A DNA stretch of 56,154 nt from a bacterium. GTDB taxonomy: Bacteria; Krumholzibacteriota; Krumholzibacteriia; LZORAL124-64-63. Positions within the stretch are counted from its first letter, which is position 1, and each line of letters opens with the position of its first letter. The stretch lies in the NCBI GenBank assembly GCA_014730255.1, contig WJIQ01000238.1, positions 1-56,154 on the forward strand, in the 5' to 3' direction. Below, one piece after another: positions 1-8,101 of the stretch. The position numbers and the translations under genes were made by a program. Under the pieces are notes generated by a model, which was not told the DNA's origin, ran no database searches, and saw only the letters and a program-made list of their open reading frames with translations.

Positions 1-46
1 CCTTTTAAGCAGAGGGTGCCTGGTTCGAGTCCAGGGCGGCCTACCA
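1..46 (+). tRNA. tRNA-Lys(UUU), 5'-truncated by the window edge
   Basis: Anticodon loop CTTTTAA at 2-8, T-arm CCTGG-TTCGAGT-CCAGG, acceptor 3' strand GCGGCCT-A followed by encoded CCA at 44-46. Confidence 0.92.
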
Positions 47-90
47 ATAAAGACAGGGGGTCACGCGGACGGCGTGACCCCTCCTTTATT
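46..90 (+). terminator. Intrinsic terminator after tRNA-Lys, possibly bidirectional
   Basis: Stem GGGGTCACGC/GCGTGACCCC (57-66/72-81), flanked by AATAAAG and CTTTATT. Confidence 0.75.
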
Positions 91-169
91 CTGGTGCCAG
101 CGCCGCCCGGTCGATCCACGGCGCCATTCGGGCCGTGCCGACCATCTCCGCCATGACGATCCTGTGTCC

Positions 170-799
170 ATGATACGGTTCCTGATGCAGACCCTGCTGA
201 TCGCGACCGCCACGGCCTGGGCGCCGCCCCCGGACGCCGTGCGCCTCGAGGTGCTGCTGGAGAAGACCATCTTCCAGGTGGACGTGATCGCCCTGGACCT
301 GTGGCTGGGCCCGACCAGCGTCGCGCAGGTTCGGCGGCTGTGCGCCACGCCGGAAGAGGCCGCAGCGGATGCCGGCCGTGCCTCGCGCGACTCCCTCGCC
401 GCCATCATCGCCAGCAGCCGCGACGCCCGGGTGCGGGTGGTGTTCCAGCGCGACGTGAGTCTCGATCGCTTCCTCGACGGCGTGATCACCGACATGCGCC
501 GGGCCCAAGGGGCCGGGCTGCTCGGTGCGGAGGGCTTCCAGCACGTGGCGTCCGGCCTGCCGGTCTGGTTGGCGCCCCTGCGCGCGGAGGGACTGCACGA
601 GGGCGACCGCTTCCTCTATCGCATCGCCGGCGATACGCTGCGCACACGTGTCGAGCGCGCGGGCGGCGCGGTGGTGATCGACCAGACCGACGTGGGCGTC
701 GAGCACCGCCGCGCGCTACTCGGCAGCCTCGTGGCACCGGGCGGCGGCTTCACCGACCAGCTTCTCGACCAGCTCCCGCGCCGGGTCTGCGCGCCATGA
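170..799 (+). CDS. Exported hypothetical protein, possible chalcone-isomerase-like fold
   Basis: ATG at 170 gives a signal-peptide-like N-terminus (MIRFLMQTLLIATATAWA). The RVVFQRDVSLDRFLDG and EGDRFLYRI segments resemble CHI-fold lipid-binding proteins. Stop overlaps the next start (ATGA). Confidence 0.55.
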   Translation: MIRFLMQTLLIATATAWAPPPDAVRLEVLLEKTIFQVDVIALDLWLGPTSVAQVRRLCATPEEAAADAGRASRDSLAAIIASSRDARVRVVFQRDVSLDRFLDGVITDMRRAQGAGLLGAEGFQHVASGLPVWLAPLRAEGLHEGDRFLYRIAGDTLRTRVERAGGAVVIDQTDVGVEHRRALLGSLVAPGGGFTDQLLDQLPRRVCAP

Positions 800-1536
800 G
801 GCGGGTGGTGGGCCCGGAGATCCTCGACTCCCTGCCGGCCGACCACCCCGCCGCGGTGGCCAACCGCCGCGACCTGCGCCGCATCAACGCCCTGCAGGGC
901 AACCCGCGCTGGATCGCCCGCACCCTCGCGCCGCGGCTGCGGCCCGGCGACGAGGTCCTGGAGGCCGGCGCGGGCGACGGGACCCTCGGCCGTGAGCTCT
1001 GGCGTCGCCTGCCGGTCCTGCGCCGGTGCCGCTACACGGGGCTGGACCGCCAGACCACGCGACCGGACGGCTGGCCCGGTACCTGGGACTGGATCGGGGC
1101 CGACCTCCTCGACCACCCCCTCGCGCCGTCTCCGCGCGTGGTGGTGATCAGCTTCCTGCTTCACCAGTTCGACGACGACCAGCTCGCCGACCTCGGCCGC
1201 CGCCTCGCCCCTGCCGAGTTCTGGGTGGTCTGCGAGCCGCACCGCAGCGGTCACGCGCTGATGGGCCTGGGCCTGCTGCGTCCGCTTCTGGGGTTGCACC
1301 GTGTCTCCTGGCAGGACGGCCGCACCAGCATCCGCGGCGGATTCCGCGGCCAGGAGTTGCCGGCGCTGCTCGGCGCCGGAGCGGCCGGCCGCACCACGCG
1401 CGTGACCATCGACCCACGGGGTGTCTACCGGATGGTGTCGGTGGCGCCGCGCGACCGATCCACGCGACCAGGGGGTGATCAGCCCCATCGAACTGGGCGA
1501 TGGGCCCGTGGCCGCTCGAGCGACGAGACGCCGTGA
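796..1536 (+). CDS. Class I SAM-dependent methyltransferase
   Basis: Motif I VLEAGAGDG, then YTGLD and SFLLHQF. The N-terminal PEILDSL...DLRRIN is typical of methyltransferases found near type III PKS genes. ATGA-coupled to the upstream gene. Confidence 0.8.
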   Translation: MRRVVGPEILDSLPADHPAAVANRRDLRRINALQGNPRWIARTLAPRLRPGDEVLEAGAGDGTLGRELWRRLPVLRRCRYTGLDRQTTRPDGWPGTWDWIGADLLDHPLAPSPRVVVISFLLHQFDDDQLADLGRRLAPAEFWVVCEPHRSGHALMGLGLLRPLLGLHRVSWQDGRTSIRGGFRGQELPALLGAGAAGRTTRVTIDPRGVYRMVSVAPRDRSTRPGGDQPHRTGRWARGRSSDETP

Positions 1537-1566
1537 GTCGTCCGGTGGCCGAGACGAAGGTCATCC

Positions 1567-4500
1567 TCAGCTCGTCCGCAGGTTCAGGGGCCGGTTCATG
1601 TCGCGGCGGACCTGGTCGAGGAACGCCTTGAACTCGTCGTACTTCTCCAGGGGCACGACGCTGCCGTCGAGGACGAGGCGACGCTCGATGCGCAGGCCAC
1701 CGTCGGTGCGCTCGTAGCTGGTCTCGAAGCGGCAGTGGCCCGACTCGAGGCTGCGGCCCTCGGGCACGGCGGCCAGGCGCTTGCCCGGCGGCAGCACGAG
1801 GTCGATGGTCTCCGTCTCGTCGACGTTCAAGAGGCGCAGGTTGATGGGCGACCGGCGGGACTGGTCGGCCACGATCACGCCCGACCACTCGCGCAGCTGG
1901 GTCCGCCACGGCACGGTCACGCTCAGGAAGCCGGGCTGCCACTGGACCAGCTCGGGGATGGTGAACCTCTCGTGCACCCGCACCGTGTCGGCGCCGGGGG
2001 CGAGGCCCGCGACCTCGCGGTCGTCGACACGCACGCCGGGGAAATCGGTGGCCAGCTCGCGGACCAGGCGGCTGCAGAGGTCGTCGGGGCCGAGGCCGGA
2101 CAGCGCCCGGCGCAGGCCGACCACGCGGTCGACCTGGCTGACGTCGATCGCGCGGGTGACCTCGGCATGGCCCTCGCCGTCGATCGCCAGGCGGGTGCGG
2201 GTGGTGGTGGGCCGGCGCGGGCCGTCGGCCGGATCGATGATCACCAGCTCGCCGCCGAAGCGGCTGGCCACCAGGGCGGGCACGCCGACGAGGTACCGTG
2301 GCACCTGCCCGGGCTCGGACATGCGCAGGGTGGGGTCGAACCACCGGTAGTCCTGCAGGCCGCTGCGCCGGGCGACGATCGCGTGATTGAACCTTGGCGA
2401 CGGCATGTAGCCCGGACGCGCCGGGGCGTTCGGGGTGACCAGCGCGAAGTCGAGGTCCTCGATGCCCTCGGCGCGGGCCATGGCGATCATCAGGCAGCTC
2501 TTGTCCTTGCAGTCGCCGAAGCCGTCGCGCAGGACCGTGCTCGCGCGCCGCGGGATGTACGCCGACTGGTAGAGCGGGATCGACTCGTAGGTGATCTCGT
2601 TGGCCACGAAACGGTAGATGGCGGCGATCTTCTCGTCGTCGGTCGTCAGGCCGTCGCACAGCTCGGCCGCGCGCCGCCGGATCTCCACATCGGGCTCGGC
2701 CTGGCCCGAGGCGAGGTCGTGGAACCAGCGCGCGACCACGGACCAGTCGTCGAGCGTGGAGACGTCGACCCAGGGCAGGTAGTAGCGGGGGTCGGCGGCG
2801 CCGGGGTCCCGGGCGTAGGCGGGCAGATCGCGGTAGCGCCACCGCCGGACGTTCAGGTTCTCGCCGATGTCGACGGTGACGGGCTGGTCCGCGCGCCCGG
2901 CGACCGACTCGGGGTCGTTCCAGGTGCGCAGCTCGATGGACATGTCGCGCGGCAGCACCAGCTCGTAGACCGCCTCGACCGTGGGCGAATGCGGGGCTGC
3001 GAAGAGCTGCTGGTCCCAGATGTTGCCGGCGAGCTTGCCGGTCACGATGGTCGGGTACTGGTAGCGCAGGTGGACGATGTCGCCCGGGGCGAGGCCCTTG
3101 AACATGATCTTGCCCCAGAACAGCTCGCCCTTCTCGATCGCGCCGTCCGGCTTGATCACCTCGTAGTCCACGAAGGTCAGGCGCGACCGGTCGTAGGTGC
3201 CGAGATCGACCACTTCCCAGTCCTCGACGCCGTCCTGGTCGAGGACCTGGACGACGGTCGTCTCGTCGAGCAGGCTGGCCTGGCCGTCGAAGACGAACCG
3301 GCGGTTGACGTGGTGCAGGCGCACCGTGGAGTGGCCGGCGTACGCGTCCGGTTCGACGCGGAGCTCGTCGATCTCGTCGGCCTCGAGGTCGTCGAAGAAC
3401 TCGCGGTACGGCTTCTGGCCCCGCCAGCTGCGCACCTGGTCGCGCAGGTCGAGGTCGCCGGGGGCGACCAGCAGCGCGGTGGCGAGGATCTCGGCCGCGG
3501 CGCGCTCGCGGGCCGTGGCGATGTCCCGCCAGGCCTTCGCCCACTCGCGCTCGACCTCCTTGTCGTTGCGCAGGTGGCGGTTCCGGCGCAGGGCGTCGAT
3601 CAGCTCGGGGTTCTCGCGCCAGAACGCCTCGCCATCGAAATCGATTCCCCGCAGGATCGTCAGCGCTCTCAGGTGGATGAAGACGGCATTGAGCGGGAAG
3701 CTATCCAGCAGGACGTCCAGCTCCTCGGCGGCCTTCCGGGCCTCGCCGTCGGCCATCAGGGCGCGTACGTAGAGGGTCCAGGCCTGTTTCGAGTCCGGCG
3801 CCAGCCGGGTCAGCCTCTCGGCCATGTCGCGGGCGTCGGCGAAGTCCTCCTTGTCGAACGACTCGGCGAGGCGGCGGACGTTGGCCGCGCTCGGTCCCAT
3901 GCGCTCGACGGCCTGCTCGCGATGATCGGAGGCGGCGCTGCGGTCACCCATCTCGGTGGCCCACTCGGCCAGCGCGAAATAGGGGAACGACTCGCGCGGA
4001 AGCCGCCGCGCGGCCTTCTCGGCGGCGTTCTTCAGGTCGTGCCAGCGTCGGTCCTGCTGGTAGGCCTGCAGCTTCAGACGGTGGGCCACCGCGCTGTCCG
4101 GCGCCCGGTCGAGCACGTCGCGGGCACGCTCGAGGGCCCGGGAGGCGTACCTGCGCTTGAGGTCCTCGAATCCGAGGTAGATCTGCGGCCGGGCGAGCTC
4201 CGGAGCCAGCTCGGCGAGCCGTGACATGCGCTGCTCGTGGCGCGAGCGCTGGCCGGCCTGCTGCCGGGCGTCGGCCACCGCCAGGGCGAGGACCGCATGG
4301 TCGGTGAAGCGGGCGTCCAGCCCGTCGCAGTGCTCGAGCAGCTCGTCGGGCGTCATGGTGCGCCGGGCGAGGGTCAGGCGCCACAGCGCCAGGCGCGGGT
4401 CGTCCGGGTGGGCCTCGGCCGCCGCGACCACCGCCTGGTGGCGGGCGCCGGTGACCGGTTCGGCCGTGACCTCCCGCATGACCGACATGCCGTTCTTGCC

Positions 4501-5475
4501 GGCGGCGATCTCGAGGTCGTCGATGGCCGAGCCGTCGAGGTGGCTGAGCGCGAGCCCCACGGCGTCGCCCTCCTCGCGCTGGGAGACCTTGACCGCGAGG
4601 CGATTCCAGCCGCGCGGCAGATCGACGTGCCAGTGCAGGCGCTCATGCCCGGAGATCTCGGTGCTGGCGTCGGCGAGGACCTCGTCGTTCAAGGTGACCT
4701 GCACGTCGCCGGAGAAGCTGAGGCTCAGGAGATACCGGCCGGCCTCGGGAATGTTCACCGCGGTGCGGACGTAGCTGGTCGTGTACTCGTCCTGGTAGAA
4801 GTAGTGGCTCGGCGCGACGATCCCGCTCGGGGGCATCAGATCGGGCCGGAACCACTTGACCGGCTGGCCGAACTTGCCGTCGAACCGCTCGAGCGGATCG
4901 AACGCCGCGCGCCGGACGAACGTCTGCCCGTGGCCGGACCCGGACGTGTTGTCGAAGGGACCGATGACGCCCCAGTCGGTCACCCGGTTCAGCTCGCGGG
5001 TGAGCTTCTCGACCTCGCCGACCTCGCCCGCGGCCAGGAAGAGGCTCTGCTGCAGGGCCAGCGCCTGCCGCCGGTCGATGGTATCGAGGTCGTCGTCGCG
5101 ACCGAGGGGGGCGAGGGCGCGGGCCAGGTCACCGATGAGCTCGCGGTCCTCGAGGTCGAGGTTCCAGAGGGCATGCCGGACGATCTCGACGTCCGCCGGA
5201 TCGCGGGGCAGGTCGTCGAGGTAGCCCAGGAGCGTGCGCGCGGCGGCCAGGGAGCGTCCGAGGGCCAGCTCGGCCAGCAGGCGGCCCTGCAGCGCGTCGG
5301 TCGCCTCCGGGTCGTCGGCCGCGGCGAAGAGGTCGGCGGCCTCGACGAGGCGATTCTCCCAGAGCGCGTCCCAGCCGGCACTGGTCGTCGAGGCGAGGGT
5401 GGACAGCGGACACAGGACGGCGGTCAGCGCCAGGCACACCACGGCGGCGCGCGCGCAAGGGCGACGGCGGAGCAT
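1567..5475 (-). CDS. Secreted TPR + DUF3857 + transglutaminase-like (TGc) + DUF3858-type protein, 1302 aa
   Basis: Signal peptide, TPR-like helical region, catalytic-triad motifs GDCKDKS, FNHAIV and WFDPT, C-terminal RIERRLVL...YDEFKAF typical of the family; GGAGG SD upstream. Confidence 0.85.
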   Translation of the reverse strand: MLRRRPCARAAVVCLALTAVLCPLSTLASTTSAGWDALWENRLVEAADLFAAADDPEATDALQGRLLAELALGRSLAAARTLLGYLDDLPRDPADVEIVRHALWNLDLEDRELIGDLARALAPLGRDDDLDTIDRRQALALQQSLFLAAGEVGEVEKLTRELNRVTDWGVIGPFDNTSGSGHGQTFVRRAAFDPLERFDGKFGQPVKWFRPDLMPPSGIVAPSHYFYQDEYTTSYVRTAVNIPEAGRYLLSLSFSGDVQVTLNDEVLADASTEISGHERLHWHVDLPRGWNRLAVKVSQREEGDAVGLALSHLDGSAIDDLEIAAGKNGMSVMREVTAEPVTGARHQAVVAAAEAHPDDPRLALWRLTLARRTMTPDELLEHCDGLDARFTDHAVLALAVADARQQAGQRSRHEQRMSRLAELAPELARPQIYLGFEDLKRRYASRALERARDVLDRAPDSAVAHRLKLQAYQQDRRWHDLKNAAEKAARRLPRESFPYFALAEWATEMGDRSAASDHREQAVERMGPSAANVRRLAESFDKEDFADARDMAERLTRLAPDSKQAWTLYVRALMADGEARKAAEELDVLLDSFPLNAVFIHLRALTILRGIDFDGEAFWRENPELIDALRRNRHLRNDKEVEREWAKAWRDIATARERAAAEILATALLVAPGDLDLRDQVRSWRGQKPYREFFDDLEADEIDELRVEPDAYAGHSTVRLHHVNRRFVFDGQASLLDETTVVQVLDQDGVEDWEVVDLGTYDRSRLTFVDYEVIKPDGAIEKGELFWGKIMFKGLAPGDIVHLRYQYPTIVTGKLAGNIWDQQLFAAPHSPTVEAVYELVLPRDMSIELRTWNDPESVAGRADQPVTVDIGENLNVRRWRYRDLPAYARDPGAADPRYYLPWVDVSTLDDWSVVARWFHDLASGQAEPDVEIRRRAAELCDGLTTDDEKIAAIYRFVANEITYESIPLYQSAYIPRRASTVLRDGFGDCKDKSCLMIAMARAEGIEDLDFALVTPNAPARPGYMPSPRFNHAIVARRSGLQDYRWFDPTLRMSEPGQVPRYLVGVPALVASRFGGELVIIDPADGPRRPTTTRTRLAIDGEGHAEVTRAIDVSQVDRVVGLRRALSGLGPDDLCSRLVRELATDFPGVRVDDREVAGLAPGADTVRVHERFTIPELVQWQPGFLSVTVPWRTQLREWSGVIVADQSRRSPINLRLLNVDETETIDLVLPPGKRLAAVPEGRSLESGHCRFETSYERTDGGLRIERRLVLDGSVVPLEKYDEFKAFLDQVRRDMNRPLNLRTS

Positions 5476-5579
5476 GAGGGACCTCCCGGGGCTCGGAAAC
5501 GGGTCATGTGAATATGGTTAACGATAATCAGCGAACTGTGGGCAGGTTAACAGATCGCCGTGAGCGCCGTCAATTCGAG

Positions 5580-5626
5580 GGATGCGTTCTCCTAGACTAG
5601 GAGAAGTAGTCGATCCGCGTGCAGCC
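5580..5626 (-). promoter_or_regulatory. Putative bacterial SECIS-like stem-loop
   Basis: Minus strand after the TGA: GGAT...TTCTCCTA-GTC-TAGGAGAA...ATCC. 8-bp upper stem, apical loop starting with G, 29 nt between TGA and loop. Confidence 0.55.
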
Positions 5627-5905
5627 TCACCCGTCCCAGAGACGGTCGTAGGCGTCGAGGCGCGCCTCCACGAACTGCCGCGCCTTCTCCTGGCTTCCCA
5701 GGCGTCGGACGGCCAGGTGCGTGGGGGTGGCCTCCTCGACCGCGACCAGCAGCCCATCGAGCCGCCCCACCCGGAGCATGCCTGCGATCCCGGTGTCGTG
5801 CGCCTGGCTCTCGTCGAACCCCCGGCCCAGCCGTCGCCACTCCTTGCGCGCCACCTTCACCGCCGGTTCTCTAGTCAGCGCCTTCCGGAATTCCTCCACC
5901 GTCAT
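5597..5905 (-). CDS. Small hypothetical protein; candidate selenoprotein (102 aa if TGA at 5627-5629 is read as Sec, otherwise 92 aa ending at 5627)
   Basis: Strong SD (GGAGGTG) before ATG at 5905. The frame continues past TGA as GGC TGC ACG CGG ATC GAC TAC TTC TCC TAG, giving ...RLWDG-U-GCTRIDYFS*. Confidence 0.7.
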
Positions 5906-6020
5906 GCCATCACCTCCCAGGGTCTGCCCGACACGCTAACCCCTCTCCCTGAAACCCAGCCACCCCTGGAACGCCGGAGCCCCTGACTTCCCAGCCAGGG
6001 GCCCCGACGCACCTCCAAAA

Positions 6021-6100
6021 GGTTCCGGTGGTGTCCGGGGCCCGAACTCCGCAGGGCCCGCAGGGCCCGAGGACATCGGGCCACGGACACCACCGGAACC
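6021..6100. repeat. 25-bp inverted repeat (REP/REPIN-like or long hairpin)
   Basis: GGTTCCGGTGGTGTCCGGGGCCCGA (6021-6045) matches the reverse complement of 6076-6100 at 24/25. The spacer contains a tandem GCAGGGCCC duplication. Confidence 0.8.
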
Positions 6101-6105
6101 GCTCC

Positions 6106-8025
6106 CTACATGGACCGCGACTCCTCCCAGACCTTCTCGAACTCCGCGAGCGTCTCGGCGAAGACGTCCATGGCCGCCTCGATCGGCGCGGGCGTCTCGA
6201 GGTCGACGCCGGCGTTGCGCAGGATCTCCAGCGGCGGCGCGCTCGAGCCGGCCTTCAGCATCTCGTCGATGTACTGCTCGGCCGCCTCGTCGCCGTGCTC
6301 GGAGATGCGATCGGCCATGGCCAGGCCGCTGGTCAGGCCGGTCGCGTAGGTGAAGACGTAGAAGTCGTAGTAGAAGTGGGGGATGAACATCCACTCGCAC
6401 TCGTCGTTCTCCGCCATCGCGAACCCGGGACCGTAGTAGGTCTCGATCAGTTCCTTGTACTTGGCATTGAGCCACTCGGCGGTCAGCGGGTTGCCGGCCT
6501 CGGCGTGCTCGTGCAGCTGCAGCTCGAAGTCGGCGAACAGCGTCTGCCGGAAGATCGTCAGGCGGATGCTCTCGAGCCTCTGGTTCAGGAGCAGCATCGT
6601 CATCTCGGGGTCGTCCTCGTACTGCTCGAGCAGGTAGTCGGTGAGCAGGGCCTCGTTGCAGGTCGAGGCGATCTCGGCCAGGAACGTGGTGTAGCCGCGG
6701 TACTGGTGCGGCTGGTGCTTGCTGCTGAAGTAGCTGTGGATGGCGTGGCCGTACTCGTGCGCGCAGGTCGACACGGCATAGAGCGTGTTGTCGAAGTTCT
6801 GCAGCACGTACGGGTGCAGCTCGTGCGCGAGGGCGCCGTTGCTGTAGGCGCCCGAGCGCTTGTCCTCGTTGGGGTAGACGTCGGTCCAGCCATTGGCCGG
6901 ATCCATGCCCATGGCGGCGACCTCGACGTACTCGTCACCCAGGGGCTTCAGCGCCTCGGCGATGATCCGCGTGCCGTCCTCGTAGGTCATCTCCTTCTCG
7001 ACGTCCTCGAGCATGGGATTGTAGAGGTTGGCGAAATCGAGCGCGTCCTCGAGGCCGAGCACCTTGCGGCGCAGCTCGACGTACCTGTGCAGCGTGCGCG
7101 GCAGGTTCTCGCGGATCGTCGTGACCAGGTTCCTGTAGGTCTCGGTGGAGATGTTGTCCGGCGAGAGCGCGGCCTCGAGGCAGGTATCGTAGCCGCGGGC
7201 CTCCTTGGTCGCGATGTGGTTCTTGACCACGCCGTCGAGCAGCGAGGCGAACGTGTTCTCGTAGGTGCGCAGGGTGCCGAAGAACCCCTCGGCCGCCTGC
7301 TTGCGCACGGCATAGGTGGGCGCGGCGCGCAGGGTCGAGAAGTTGTTCAGGGTCAGCGGACGCTTCTCGCCGTCGAGCCCGACGATCTCGGGGAACTCGA
7401 TGTCCACGGACAGCAGGGACTGGAAGGCGTTGCTGGGCGTGCCGCGCATGCGCCCGTTGATGGCCATCAGCCGCTCGCCATCGGCGTCGAGCGTGTGGGC
7501 CTCCTGCCGCCACATCTCCTCGAAGTAGTACCGCCAGCTCGCCAGGTCGGGATCCTGGTCCATCCACGCCTCGAGGGTCTGGCGGGGGATGGTCAGGAGC
7601 TCGGGCTCCATCCAGGCGAGGTTCTGGCTGAACTCGGGGCCGAGAGCGCGCACGCGGCCCATGCGGGTCCGCTCCTCGTTGACGCCCTGGTCGATGTCGA
7701 ACCTGAGCTGGGCGTAGATCATCAGACGGCGGAAGCGGTTGCCCATCTCCTCGACGCGGCTCTGTGCGGCCTTCAGGTTCTCCGGCGACTCGCCGAGGCG
7801 GCCCTGGTACTCGGTCAGTGTCGGGATGTCCTCCTTGAAGGCCGCCAGCTCGGCCTCCCAGGCCTCGACGCTGGGGAAGATGTGATCCCACTGCCACTGG
7901 TAGTCGGTCGGGACCTCGGAGCGGGGGGCGGCGGCGTCGGGCGTGTAGGCGGCCGCGGACGAGGCCAGCAGCAGGCACGCCAGGAGCGCCACGAGGGCAC
8001 GGAAGCCACGGGCAGGCTGAGACAT
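6106..8025 (-). CDS. pepF: Oligoendopeptidase F (M3B) with signal peptide
   Basis: HEYGH zinc motif, KRSGAYS, FLAEIAST, IPHFYYDFYVFTYATG; GGAGG SD before ATG at 8025; N-terminal ALLACLLLASSAAA. Confidence 0.92.
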   Translation of the reverse strand: MSQPARGFRALVALLACLLLASSAAAYTPDAAAPRSEVPTDYQWQWDHIFPSVEAWEAELAAFKEDIPTLTEYQGRLGESPENLKAAQSRVEEMGNRFRRLMIYAQLRFDIDQGVNEERTRMGRVRALGPEFSQNLAWMEPELLTIPRQTLEAWMDQDPDLASWRYYFEEMWRQEAHTLDADGERLMAINGRMRGTPSNAFQSLLSVDIEFPEIVGLDGEKRPLTLNNFSTLRAAPTYAVRKQAAEGFFGTLRTYENTFASLLDGVVKNHIATKEARGYDTCLEAALSPDNISTETYRNLVTTIRENLPRTLHRYVELRRKVLGLEDALDFANLYNPMLEDVEKEMTYEDGTRIIAEALKPLGDEYVEVAAMGMDPANGWTDVYPNEDKRSGAYSNGALAHELHPYVLQNFDNTLYAVSTCAHEYGHAIHSYFSSKHQPHQYRGYTTFLAEIASTCNEALLTDYLLEQYEDDPEMTMLLLNQRLESIRLTIFRQTLFADFELQLHEHAEAGNPLTAEWLNAKYKELIETYYGPGFAMAENDECEWMFIPHFYYDFYVFTYATGLTSGLAMADRISEHGDEAAEQYIDEMLKAGSSAPPLEILRNAGVDLETPAPIEAAMDVFAETLAEFEKVWEESRSM

Positions 8026-8055
8026 GGATAACCTCCGTTGGGACGGGACAGGAAG

Positions 8056-8079
8056 GAGCCCGGCCGTGGGGCCGGGCTC
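8056..8079 (-). terminator. GC-rich hairpin between the lipoprotein gene and pepF
   Basis: GAGCCCGGCC-GTGG-GGCCGGGCTC, a perfect 10-bp stem with only a weak pyrimidine tail. Confidence 0.4.
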
Positions 8080-8101
8080 GCCGGGGGGATGCGCGGGCCG
8101 A

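Noticed and set aside
1-6100. Genomic island integrated at tRNA-Lys
   Set aside because: No integrase, no duplicated tRNA 3' end (att) found by eye, and coding style resembles the rest of the window.
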